From the NCBI GenBank assembly GCA_950097015.1, contig CATNEN010000003.1, positions 13,206,001 to 13,270,000 on the forward strand: DNA of 64,000 nt, given 5' to 3'. Source of the DNA: Macrostomum hystrix (lineage: Eukaryota; Animalia; Platyhelminthes). A program made the position numbers and the translations under genes. Positions 25,278-39,000 of the stretch are shown one piece after another. The notes under the pieces are model-generated. The model was not told the DNA's origin. It searched no databases and worked only from the letters and a program-made list of their open reading frames with translations. Within the stretch, counting starts at the first letter, position 1; every line of letters starts with the position of its first letter.

Positions 25278-25822
25278 GCCTCGCTCTGCTACTGAGCCTC
25301 GCCCAGCTGGCCCGCTGCATTCCTGCAAATCCGAGTGGCGCCGACTGGAGACGCCGCGGTGGCTGCCTGACTCTCTGGCTCTGCAGACGAGACCAACGAG
25401 CTCAGCTCCGGAATCCGTGTTCTCAGCTGAGAAATTTAGCGGACTGCTGATGGCCCAGTTCGACTCGGACACTCGCCTGTGCTCGCTGTTCAAGTACGAG
25501 TACATTGTCGTGTGCCACCTCATTCATGGACAAGCCAGCAGTGGGATCTGCGCACTGCACAGCTGTGCTGCATTCGCCAATGCCAGAGCCTTCAAGTTCA
25601 TGACGTTGAGCAAGAAGCTAGGATGAGCAGTGCGGGCTCGAAGCCGCGTGCATCCTAGGTGATGAGTATGAGGAAGCCAGCATGAGCAACTAGGTGTGCG
25701 GCGAGACGCAGCTGTGGCATTCAGAGTCAGTCGTGTTCCGCAGTGAAGGAGCCAACTTCGATGGGAGAGCGTCTAAGACGTGGATGAACAATGTTGGCTT
25801 CGGGAGGCGCAGCAGGGTCTAA
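25278..25822 (+). pseudogene. Possible degenerate exon(s) of a secreted Cys-containing protein
   Basis: GC-rich, exon-like composition after a ttcag acceptor. AQFDSDTRLCSLF weakly resembles a PAN/apple motif. The reading frame is interrupted by stops. Confidence 0.2.
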
Positions 25823-27092
25823 CAATTGTGTTTTGTAAGCGCCCACTTCCAGACCGCAGAAATCTAACTATAATATAATAATAATCGTTACTTTACAACC
25901 AACTACTTTACAATTACTTTACAACTTTACAAAACACAATTTCCGTCAATATTGTGCCGATTTTACATTTTTTATAAACTAGCAATAAATTTCCAAAAAT
26001 GATTGTTTTTGAGAATTAAATGTTGTTAATCAAATTTACTTCCTCTCCTGTCTAAATGTCTGCACATCTCTAAAACGTTTTTAGTTTAAAATGGCTTGTC
26101 CAGTCTATTTCTTATTCTGTTAGTTCAGGCTCTAAATCTGGTTATCCCGCGATGTCTTGAAACTCCATTTTGAACTTAACACTCGCTTCTTCGAAAGTGC
26201 CTTGCTTTAGATCCGTTTGTCAATGACGAAAATATCGTCAGATCGTCAGATCGTCAGATCGTCAGAAATAAATAACTTTCTTAATCTCAAAGCATAATAT
26301 GCTTCTCAAAAAGTACTACTAATTTACGATTAATAAAAGTGGTCGATAATTTAATATTTTGTTATCATGCCTTTTTTTCCAGACTAGTGTAATAAAAACA
26401 TCTAAACAATTCGAAATTAAGTATTGCCAATAAAACGTTTTTCCATACGAGATCATAGATGGGGCATAGAAAAAGGGCTTTAAAAATTTCTTAACAACTG
26501 GGAATAGATTATTGCCGATAAAAAGTGTATCCGAACTAAATCTTAGACAGAGCAGAAGTAATCGATAATGAAAATACAAGGAGGTGGCACAAATCAGTAA
26601 GTACCGGTTAAAGCTTACAGTTTATTGTACCATGACCTTATTACCCGGCAGGCAGAAAGTCTTGCCCGTTAATGGCCATAGATAAATTAATGCTCGGTAA
26701 TTTTCTTGCGGGCAGTTAATAGCGCCGCCTGCAAAAAGGCCATCGACCAATAGGAATGGCTTACTGAGGCTAAAATGTCTATGGCACCCCCACATCCCCG
26801 TCTCTGACTCTGAAAGTATAGCTTGGGCAAAAATGTCTATGGTACAATAAAATTGATACCCAAGCTTTGCGGGCGTCATTGAAAAAGACGCCCTGATTTT
26901 CCATTAACGCCCTTAAAGCATGGGTATTAATGGTATATTGTCTACGCGATCTCAGAATTGAAAACATCAACAAGTTATAAACTTCCATTTTGCAAAAGAA
27001 AATGTAAAAACTGTAACAGTCTTCGCAACCAATGTACTCGTTGTAAATCAGCAGCCTGATTCATGCAGAGTCCACCTCGTCGAGCTCAATGC

Positions 27093-30000
27093 TCAGATCG
27101 AACCAGTTGTACGAAGATTGTCTAAAAGCAAGGTTAAATTATAAATACTTGTGTTAAAAACCGATTTGGCATGGAAAACTTATCAAGCTCTAGCTCGTAT
27201 TTTTTTTCGTGCAGATGAGCTCACCATCGCGACCTTGCACCACGTAGGTCATGTTGAATCCGGTTTTCACGAAGCTAGAGTCAGTCTTGAAGCGGACTAG
27301 CACGGGACCCTCAAGGCTGATTGACGCAGCGGTCGCACTGCTATTAAACGGACTCGCTTTGAGCTTGCTCTCGACGATACCTTCAGATATTTCATACCGC
27401 TCGTACAGGAAAATTTTATCACAGCATTGTTCGATATCCACAACTCCCATTGTGAGGGTCACACTGCCTTTCTCATTGATCAGCCACTGGTAGTCCATGT
27501 AGTTCGAGTAACCTTCATTGGCTGAAGAGCCAAAACTTTCAGGACATTTGATTAGGCCGGAGTCCACTGGAAACCAAGGAAGCAATGAATACAAGAATGT
27601 TTTCTCATCAGAAAAATTTGAATAGAAAATATCGCCAAAACCTCAGTCTTCCTGGCAAATCACTTATACTCTATTACTTGTGCACTCATAGTGGCTCAGC
27701 AGGTATCAGAGCCTCACCAAGCTTTGGTCCAGCAGTGTAGATGAACGCGAAGCCGAGACCGTCAAAGAGCCTGCCAGTTCGGAGCCGAATGAGCACTGGG
27801 CCCTTCAGTGTGTAGTTCGAAGGAAAGTCGCTTGAACGGGATAGGCTGAATTTCAGGTTTCGCTTATCAGCTTCACCAGCCTTATCAGACTGCTCGTATA
27901 CTTGAATCTCGCTACCGTCAGATCCAAGACTTGACGAGATGAATCTTATTAGATAGATGCGATTTTGTGATAGAACCGATCGATAGTCCATCAGCTTTTC
28001 CAGTGTAGTGTTTGCTTTCTCTGGGTAGCTGACTATTAGATCACTATACGAATGGATCTTGATTACTATAGAGTTTATAGAAGAGAGTGATGGAGTTACA
28101 TTTTAGTTCATAATGATCTGCTCAAGAAAACTAGGCGAATCATAAAGAGCGAGCATACCAGAGCGTTCTTCGATCAGGTAGGAAAGGTTGAAGCCAAGAC
28201 CGACAAACTTTTGGTCGGTAGTGAACCTGATCAGCACTGGACCGATCAGCCTGTACGATGTGGATGTGGCATTCTCCTGAGTCAGCGAGTACTTCAGCTT
28301 GCTCTCTTCCGGCTCATCAGTTTCTCCGTCGGTCATCTCGTACAGCTGGATGACGTCATTGCCGTGACCAATGTCCACAGAGGTGATTGTGATGATGACG
28401 TAATTCCTTCGGTTGATGGTCCACCTGTACTCCATTTCGTTGGTATAGGCGGTCCCGGGCTCCTCGGGACAGCGAATGCTGCCTGAGTCCTCGGTCAGGG
28501 AGCGGTGAACTGAAATATTAGTTGTAGGAATTATATAATATGTCAATTTACTAGCAAGCAACAGCGATTGAGCAGTTAAATGGCTGCTTTAGAGCCATTT
28601 CACGAATGAAATGGCATGACCTTACCGTTTCTGGTATCGAAACTAAAGCCCCATTGTCTGCTTTTTCCCACTGAGCTGCTGGTCTCATGAAGGACAGCTA
28701 GACTGCCGCTGCTCATCACATGAGTTGAGAAACGAATAAGCCTCGCATCTCTCTGCATCGTGGGGCTGCTCAGAGCCTCCAGATCTCCTGCAAAAATTCT
28801 CACTGAAGAAGATAAGCCTGTACTAGATGAGAAAATCAGGTGCGTCAAGAATGCGTGAGTTCCAGTTGGTGCCACGATCCACTTCGTGGTTGAAGGCTGC
28901 GAAAGGATGGTGCTTCGTCCATCAGCTATACCAGTTCTTTCGCCCCTATTGCTTCTGATGACCTCGATAGCTGCGTCTGAAATTGGCATTTTAAAGCATA
29001 AAAACCAACTTGACGTTTAGTATGGCCTAGCAACTATCTTGTGCAACTCACCATCACTGGATTCATCGTGTGAGTAGATCAGCTGAAAGCTTCTTTCTCC
29101 AGCACCCGTTGCGTCGAATCGAATGAGCACTGGGCCGGCTAGTCGGAATTCCGAGTTGACAGAGCTGTCCAGCACGAATCTGACGCTGTCATCAACCTCA
29201 GTCTTCGTCCGCTCGTAGATATAGAGCCTGTCTTCAGCTCGCAGGTCTAGGGAGCTGAATCTGATGCGAACCCTGGCAGGTCTGTCAATGACCCATCGGT
29301 GACCCATGCTCTGTGCCAAATCCGTCTGGAAACTGATCACTCCGCTTGGTTCAGTCACAGACACTGAAATCGATTAGGACGCTTGGTTTACAGATACTGA
29401 ACAGTAAGTTATTCTTACCATACACCAACTACGAAACACATTTTAAAAAATTTATATCACCTCCCAGTACGAGTATATGAGGAACTCAAGTTCCTCAAGG
29501 TATTTGACATAGCAGTGAGATATTGAACTCTACTCTATTTTAAGAGCTGTCAACGATATATTCCTATTCATCATGCAATTGGATTATACACTTTGCACAG
29601 TAAAGTATTGGGAATGCGCAGAGAAAGAAGCGACACTCTCCAACTCTTTAACTCTCCAACTCGCCTACTCGTTAACATACCCAACTCGCTGGCTTGCTCA
29701 ACTGACCAACTACCAAAGTCTTAGCCCCAGCTTATACGTTAATTTCCATCAGAGATTACTCCTAATAACTCCTAATACAGAGACTTCAGCTTAGACGACC
29801 GAAACCCAGATCAACGACTCGGAGCCGATAAGTTCTTACTTATTTTGCTCATTTATGCATATATTAGCGTTTGTTTAACCAACCTAACCGTCTGTCAACA
29901 CCACCCGTATTGAGAAAATATAAAACCATCCGATAATAGAGGGAATTTCACCAGAGGAAACGAACCCGTATCTAATCTATTCATTGATTTTCTAGACCAG

Positions 30001-33000
30001 TAACAAAGATAGATCAGAGCCTATAGAAAACAAGAAACATTTCAGCAGGCGATACATGTCACGATCTGCACCTACCATTTCCAACGGAATAAGCGAAGCC
30101 GAAGCGGCTCCTTGCCTCGCCAGCGCCAGGTCTCAGCACCACAGTCACGAAGCCGGTTGCTCTGACTGTCCTCCGCTCGCCCAACTGGCCAGTGTGACTG
30201 AAGATCGGCGACTCGCTCAGGCCCGGTTCAACTCCCATGTACACACTGACTGTATCGCCATGGGACTGGCTGCCCTCGACATCGAATAGCTGGAGCTCCA
30301 CAGTCTGCTGAGGGTTCACCGCGAGGGACCATGCTCGCTGAGCACTGCTCAATACGCTGTCCGGTGCTGCACGTCTTTGGCCTTCGATGCTTTTGATGAT
30401 CTCGGTGGACATTGTCGTTTCTAAAATAAAAATTTTGCAGACTTTGGCTGAAAACACTAGCTTACAAAGTTAGCACTGACGTCCTTGTATCACGCTCGAA
30501 ATACAATAGTTTTTGTTAGTAAAAGAAGTCAGTTAGGTTTCTAAACCCCCAGCTCATGAGGGCTCAGTCCTTGATAGAATATCTTACCTGAGGTGAAGTT
30601 CAGGCGATTGTAAGCCAGCTTGAAAATGTTGCCAGCGATTCGCTTAGTGGTGACTCGCACGAGTACCGGGCCGCGCACTCTAAACTCCACAGTCGTCGCA
30701 TTGGTTCGGGACTCGTGCTCCGAGTAAAAGACCAACTTTTCCTCGTTAGGAACAGAAGCAAGCTCATACAGCCTCACTGTATCTGCGTGAGTCATCCTTA
30801 TCCTGAGCATATCTTGTCTGTCAATGAGCCATTTGTAGTCAGTCTCAATTTCGTATTTTTGTTCTTCATCCAATGGGATTTGGTCCCCTTCCGAGCAAAC
30901 AATGCTGGCGTGTTCATCAGTCAGGTTTCTGATACGCTCTGCAATGATTGTGAATCATTTAAACACTATGGAAGAAACCATTGGACTGGGGGGTCGGGGG
31001 CAGAGCGGTTATCGCGTTTGCCTCTCGCACCAAAAGTTCGATTCCACGGCGAAGCCACATTTATTTGGGGCGCAGCCGCAGATAGAAGGCTTCGGGACCT
31101 GTCATGCAATTTATGCCCTTGAGGGCCAACCTCCAAGGCACAGTGAAATGTACACTGCCTGACGATGAGAATGTCAGGACAGATGTACACACCTGTGTGA
31201 GCGTGTGCCTGCGTACAGTATTTGTGTGCAATTTGTGTGAGGAGCGTGTGTGCTCAGGAGTCAGCGAAATGAGCAGAATTGCCTCCTCGCTGGCTGCGGG
31301 TCCAGTGTCATCAAATGATGTGCCATAGCCCCCAGCCCTCCTGCAATTATTTTTATTATTAACCGTTGGACTCTCTATAATTGTAACTGACTAAAACGAA
31401 TCTTACCTCTTCTGTCATGCACCGTGTACGAAAAATTAAATCCTTGTCGAGTCACAGAGCGATCAGTTTGGAATTTGATAAGAACTGGACCTAATAGCTG
31501 ATAAGAATCCTTTTCCCTTATATTCAAAAGCGGAAAAGTCTTAGCCATGTTTTCAGACGCAAACAGATCAGTCCTTTCAAAAAAGTACAACAAATCAGAT
31601 TTCCATTCAATGTTGATGGCTTCAACGCGGATATTAATAATCTTCCGTCCTCCAATCCACCACAAGTATGTTTTGCTGTTTTCGTAGTTCACAAGTCCAT
31701 AATTCTCGGGACACAGAACTTGTCCACCGTCAGCTAAAATTGGAAATATAATGAATGAGTGCAACAATTGGTGTCTAGTAAAACGACCCGAAAAAACACG
31801 ATTCCCTTGGCCATTATTATTTAGCAATGGAACTCCGGACTCACCGATGGCTCGATCAATCACATAGTTAAAGGTGAAACCTCTTCCTGAAATCTGTTTA
31901 TTCGTCCTGAACCTGATGACTACAGGACCGACCAAGCCGTATTGCTCTGAACTCGTATTGCTGGCAGCAAGAACAAACTTCCTTCTGGTCAAGTCAAGAT
32001 CGCCAGACGCATTCATTCTCTCGTACAGTTCAATGACATCATTTGAGTCCGGAATGTCCATAGAAGTGAATGTAATAAAAACAACATTGCTTGTATTCAC
32101 AGTCCATCGATAATCTAAGAGGTTCTCGTAATTGTCTCTATCTACGTCGCACTTTACTGAACCCTTTTCCATTGTCAGCTCCTGGGAAACTGAAAAGGCA
32201 AATCGTGGTTAAGTTTGCTCATGCAATCTATGCTCAGGAGACCGCAAAAAACTGTTTTAAGCATCATAAATCGGAGTGCCTTTTATGCTTATGCTATAAT
32301 CTATCTACTAATACGCTACAAGTCGCACACTAGTCAGAAAACTAAACGTCAAGCCAACTGAACTTACAAGAGATGGACCTTGACAAGTATTGTTCAAACA
32401 ATAATTTTACCTATGCGTTCCTCGATAATATAGTTCAGGCTGAATCCCTGGCCAACACGGCTCTGGTCAGTGGTGAACCTGACCAGCGCTGGACCGATCA
32501 GCCTGTACGATGCCGATGTGGCATTCTCCTGAGTCAGCGAGTACTTCAGCTTGCTCTCTTCCGGCTCATCAGTTCCTCCGTCGGTCATCTCGTACAGCTG
32601 GATGACGTCATTGCCGTGACCAATGTCCGAAGATGCGATTCTGATGATGACGTAATTTATTCGGTTGATGGTCCACCTGTACTCCATTTCGTTGGCATAG
32701 GCGGTCCCGGGCTCCTCGGGACAGCGAATGCTGCCTGAGTCCTCGGTCAGGGAACGGTGCTCTACAGTGGAAGTAAAAAAAAGAGTTTTTTTAGATTTTG
32801 GACGATTTGAAAATGTTTCAGTTTTTACAAACTGCAGCTTCGCCTTGTTGATAGGAGATCAACGTATGCACTAATAGTAACTTGGTAGTAAAAATAATAA
32901 AAACAATTGTTGGAGGGCTGTGGAAATGGCGCATCATTTGGTGACACTTCTAGACCTGCAGCCAGCGAGGAGGTATTCTGTCTATTTCGCTGACTCCTGA

Positions 33001-36000
33001 GCACACGCACACAGATACTGTACGCAGGCACACGCTCGTACTGGTATTTACATCTGCCCAAACTTTCTCATCGTCAGGCACTGTACACTTTCACTGTGCC
33101 TTGGAGGTTGGCCCCTACGGTCGTAAATTACTTAAGTAAATGTGGCCTCGTCGCCGAATCGAGCTTTGGGATCTAAGTGCGAGAGGCATTAACGGCTCTG
33201 CCACTCACCCCCTGGAGATCACCGTAAGTTGAGCCTGGTATTTTACTCAAATATTCACTGAGGCAACCAGTATCAAAAAATGAATACACAGAACATTTTT
33301 AACATATAAGCCCTTTGATTTGAGAAAATGCATTAAAAATTAGCCTGAACAACTTACCATTTCTGATTTGATATTCGAATTTGATTGGATACGCAGGCCT
33401 CGAGAACGGCATTGGGTACAAAGGTTGCTCGAAAACCACGGAGACAGTTTGGTTGTAAATGGTGTGCAAAGAGTACAGCCTCTTCAATATATCACTTTCG
33501 TATGCGCTCGGGCCCCTTTGACTGACATGTGCCAACCAGTTGCCATCGAAAACCCTGAGATTGTTTTTACCGAAATAAGCTGTATCCGGGATCAACAACA
33601 GGTGAATAGTAAATTCGTGATCTGGTCTCGGTGAGATGACCCATACAGTCCTGATCTTGCCATCTCCGACAATGATGTCTGAGTCAGGAAAGCTGGCCCT
33701 GCTACCCCGGCTGCTTCTTACAATTTCAAATGATTCTCCGGTGTCTGAAAGTTTCAATTGTTAAGGCACTCGGTATCAGACCGAAAAAATCCTGACGAAA
33801 GTTTTTAGAAAGTGATGAAGAAATTCAGGACTTACTGTTCAACTCAGCGTCCTTCCGGTACGTCAGCTGAAAGCCTCGTCGGTTGCCGTCTCCGCTAGCA
33901 GTGAATCGAACCAGGACGGGACCGGACAGAATGAACTCTGAGTTTAGGGCACTGCCATCCGTTACCGCGAATCTCAGATTGTCTGCTCTCTCCGATATGG
34001 TGTTCTGATACAGGTAAACCTTGTCACCCTTTTGCAGATCCACAGAGTCGACTGTGATGCGAACAACGCTGCTGCTGTCAACGATCCAGCGATAGTCCAT
34101 GTCCTGGCTGAAGTCCGCGCTGTAGGACAAGTTGGACTGCGCCGGCGGAAACCGAATCACGCCAGAAGACTCTCTCAGCGTCACTGCAGAGTTTGAGCAG
34201 GATGAGGGCTCTGGCGCTTGGAAGATTATCTACTGATAATCAACAAACTTAAGGTTTTACTTCAACGTTGCTGGTTCAACTCGTAAAAGGTCAGGGTATC
34301 CATGAAGGTGTTTTTTGAGGTGTGAAATCGGAGTTTCCTGAATCAGTGACTGATCGCTCACCGTTTCCGATCGAGTAGGTGAAGCCGAAGCCGCGCCTCG
34401 AGGAGCTGGCGTCGGTCCTCAGCACAATGGTGACGAATCCATGGATTGTCAGAGTCTGTCGCTTGTCCAGCCGACCTTCTCGGTGAAAATACGGCACTCC
34501 TCTCGGCTCCGGCTGCAGTCCGAGGTACACACTAACCGAGTCCTTACTGGACTGGCCTCCTTCGGCATCGAACAGCTGCAGCTCCACAATCTGCTGCGGA
34601 TTCACAGCAATGGCCCAAGCTCTTACCAGATTGGCCTGGCAGTTGCTGACTCCGCCCGCCTCCACGCAGCCGCGCTCACCGCTGATGCACTGCAGGAACT
34701 CCGTCGACATCGCAATGGCTAGTTCGTTAAGTTAGGGTGAGCGGATTTTCAATCCAAGTACTTTGATTAATGCTTTTCAGCGCTGTATCTCTCACCCGAT
34801 TTTAAAGTCCTGAAGGACGCCCTGAACGGCACCATCATGGGTGTCATCCGTGGCGATGTGGCTCGAATCACCGCCGGACCTCTGATCTTGAACTCCGATG
34901 ACATCACGCTGCTGAGCGGGACGTTTGTCAGGACGAACGCGCGGCTTCTCTCAGTTGGATCCTTTGTCATCTCGTGTAGTTCGACAGTGTCGCAGTCTTG
35001 CTGCCATTGAGCGATTGGGAATCGAATGCTCACCGCATCGGTTGTGTCAATCACCCAACTGTAGTCCACCTCCATTTCGTATCCGTCCGTGTCGCAGTAT
35101 CGTATTTTATAAAATGTTTTATTTTCTATGTCCCATTCAGTCAAACCTGGCGACTCGAGAGTTTTTGACTTCACTGAAATAGTTTTGATAATTTTCATTT
35201 TGATTGGTTTGTACATCGCTTTTGATAAGAACAAATAGGACAATTATTCCAATTGTTTTATTATTTTTGTTCAATTATTTTCCAATAATCAATCATTACA
35301 CTCTCAAATTGCCCACAACACAACTTACCTATTTGGCTTTCTACTGCGTAAGAAAAGTTCAGAGCTATCGGAGCTGGCTTTCTATTTCTCAACTTTATCA
35401 CAACTGGTCCGATTAACCGATAAGCGGTTGAAGTGGCGTTTTCCTTCGTCAGGGTGACCTCGGCATCTCGAAGTGAAGCCTGCTGATCTGGAGTCCACTT
35501 CTCAAAAAGCTGGATTTGATCGCAGCAACCTGGCAGCTCCGCGCCACTGATTGTGATGGCGATGGCAGCCTTTCGATCGATTATCCAGACGTAGTCCACG
35601 GGAATGCGTCGCTGGGCTGCTGTGGTGTCCTCAAATGTAACACTTCCAGAGTCGTCGGAGATTCCTAAAAACGGACAGAAATGATAATTTATTTGAATGC
35701 GTTATGGAGTCTCATATGAGATCATTTTATTTCATAGAAAATCGCGGAGACAAACATTTGCGGGTTGTCTTGGGGGAACCATTACCCGGGGGGCGCCACT
35801 ACTGGGGGGCCACTAGAAGGGGGCGCCACTACTGGGGGGCCACTAGAAGGGGGCGCCACTATCGTGGGTAACACCCACGAGGGTGTTAGAGAAGGCCCCT
35901 TCGAGAGGGTCCCACCACCATGGGGCGCGCCACTTCCAGGGGGGAGCCACTACCAGGGAGGGCTCAGTCCTGGGGGGCGTCAGTACTTGGGGTGGCGTCA

Positions 36001-39000
36001 GTGCTGTGTGGCGTCAGCACTGGGGGGGCTTCAGCACTGGGGGGGCGTCAGCACTGGGGGGCGTCAGCACTGGGGGGCGTCAGTAATGGGGGGCATCAGC
36101 ACTGGGGGGGGCTTCAGCACTGGGGGGGCGTCAGCACTGGGGGGCGTCAGCACTGGGGGGCGTCAGCACTGGGGGGGCGTCAGCACTGGGGGGGGCGTCA
36201 GCACTGGGGGGGCGTCAGTACTGGGGGGGCGTCAGCACTGGGGGGGCGTCAGTACTGGGTGGCGTCAGTACTGGGGGGCGTCAGCACTGGGTGGCGTCAG
36301 TACTGGGGGGCGTCAGCACTGGGGGGGCGTCAGTACTGGGGGGGGCGTCAGTACTGGGGTGGCGTCAGTACTGGGGGGCGTCAGTACTGGGGGGCGTCAG
36401 CACTGGGGGGCGTCAGCAGTGGGGGGGTGTCAGTACTGGGTGGGCGTCAGGACTGGGGCTGCTAGTACTCGGGAGGCGCTTCTACAGGGGAGGCACCACT
36501 ACTGGGCTGCCACTACCAGGGGTGTCACTACCAGAGGGCGCCACTACCAGGGGGTGCCACGTAGATTTTTCAGCTGATTAGGGGGGCCGCGGCCACCCCT
36601 TGCCCCCCTGGCTACGACCCTGGACAGATGCAATAAGAAATACTTACTTGTCTGCTCTTCTATTTCGAAAGACATAATAAAACCTTCCGATTGGTAACTA
36701 CTATCTGTCTTAAATCGAATAAGCACTGGTCCTTCAAGTCTGTACTGCTTCTGTGTTCCAGAACCAGAGATTGTTGTCGTATAGTTGTAGTCGCTTGGCT
36801 TCTCAAAAGGTCCCATTCTTTCGTACAGGTAGATTTTGTCATTTCCTGCTTCCGTCTTATACTGATGAACCGTAATGACCATTGTTTTCGCTTCCGGAAT
36901 GCTCCACACGTAATCTATGTTGTTTTCATACATGTCATATCCGAATCTTTCAGGATAGCTAAAGTTTCCAGAACTCACTGAAACGATGGAAAAAAATTAC
37001 GAGTCAAAATTAGAATCTGTTGAATTGATCACGTGAATTTGCCAGAGTTCAGCTTATATAGCGGCTGATAATAAAGATGATTTTTATTATAAAGTTCCAA
37101 TCGTAAGAAGCACCACAGCGTCCGACTCTGGTACCGAGGAAGGTCCTGAGCTTGAAACCGTGGCAACAGCACATAAATTTGAGACGCAGCTGCATATCAA
37201 AGGCTTATCGTGCAATTTGCGCCCATGAGGGCCAGACCCTAATGCAGGGGTTGGCAAACTTATTAGCTATCAGAGAACCTAAAAGACGACAGCGGGCCGC
37301 ATGGACTGCAAAAATATGAGATAGGGGAGAGATGACCCAGGGGAGGGATAAGACACGGGATAGAAGAGACTGGGGAGAGATGACCCAGGGGAGGGATAAG
37401 ACACGGGATAGAAGAGACTGGGGAGAGATGACCCAGGGGAGGGATAAGACACGGGATAGAAGAGACTGGGGAGAGATGACCCAGGGGAGGGATAAGACAC
37501 GGGATAGAAGAGACTGGAAAGAGATGACCCAGGGGAGAGATGAGACAGAGAGATGAGACAGGGGAGAGATGAGACAGAGAGATGAGACAGGGGAGAGATG
37601 AGACAGGGGAGAGATGAGACAGGGAAGAGATGAGACAGGGGAGAGATGAGACAGGGGAGAGATGAGACAGGGGAGAGATGAGACAGGGGAGAGATGAGAC
37701 AGGGGAGAGATGAGACAGGGGAGAGATGAGACAGGGGAGAGATGAGACAGGGGAGAGATGAGACAGGGTAGAGATGAGACAGGGGAGAGATGAGACAGGG
37801 GAGAGATGAGACCGGGGAGGGATGAGACAGGGGAGAGATGAGACAGGGGAGAGATGAGACAGGGGAGAGATGAGACAGGGGAGAGATGAGACAGGGTAGA
37901 GATGAGACAGGGGAGGGATGAGACAGGGGAGAGATGAGACAGAGAGATGAGACAGGGGAAGATGAGACAGGGGAGAGATGAGACAGGGGAGAGATGAGAC
38001 AGGGGAGAGATGAGAATTTAGGTGTGAAAGAGGATACGATAAGTTTCCCAAGGGGAACGGGCCGGATTTGGGAGCTTCTAGGGCCGCATCTGGCCCACGG
38101 GCCGGAGTTTGCCGACCTCTGCTCTGAAGCGTAGTGAGAGTGCAGACTGCCTAGCGATGAGAAAGTCAGGGCAGATGTATACACATGTGTTTGTCTTAAA
38201 TATCATCGCAATAGGCACGTGTTATTGCCTTCTCGCCAGCGGAAGATTGACTGTCACCAAGATGCGTCAGTGCCCAATTCCTCCAATGTGAATATTTTTT
38301 TTAGCGTATTTACTTTTCAACAGATAATATGCTCATGGAAGTGATGCATAAATTGTTCTTACAAACTTTCGCTCCAGTCTGATAAAACATCCGAAATCCT
38401 CGACCAGCCACGATGGAATTAGTTCTTAGCCGGATCATCACGGGACCAATCAGACTGTAGTTGGAGGACTGGGCGCTCTCTTGAGTGAGTGTGAGCTTCA
38501 GCTTCTCCGAAATGACCTCGCCGCTGTCGTCGATGTTCTCGAAGATCTCGATGGTGTCTCGGATATCAACAAAGTCGAAACGAAGTAGCAGCGCATTAGT
38601 TCGGTTGAGTGTCCAGCGGAAGTCCATCGACTTCTCATAATTCACGTTGGACTCCTCGGGGAAAAATATATTTCCGGAATCGTGACCCAGAACTCTGTGC
38701 ACTGAAATACGCAGGCAATGTTGCATCAATTCAAAATGGCACTCTGACAATGTGCCAATCCAGATGTTTCAAGTTGCTCAAAACCAAGGTCCCTGAGCTC
38801 GATTTCGTGGCGAGGCCAATAGGCGTGGCGAGAAGGCTTGTGGGATTATTGTGCAATTTACATCCTTCATGGGCCAACCTCCAAGGAGCAGTGAAATTTG
38901 CACTGCCTGATGATGAGAAAGTCAGGGCAGATGTTCACACCTGCGTGAGCGTGTGCCTGCGTACGGTATCTGTGTACATGTGTGCTCAGGAGTCAGCGAA

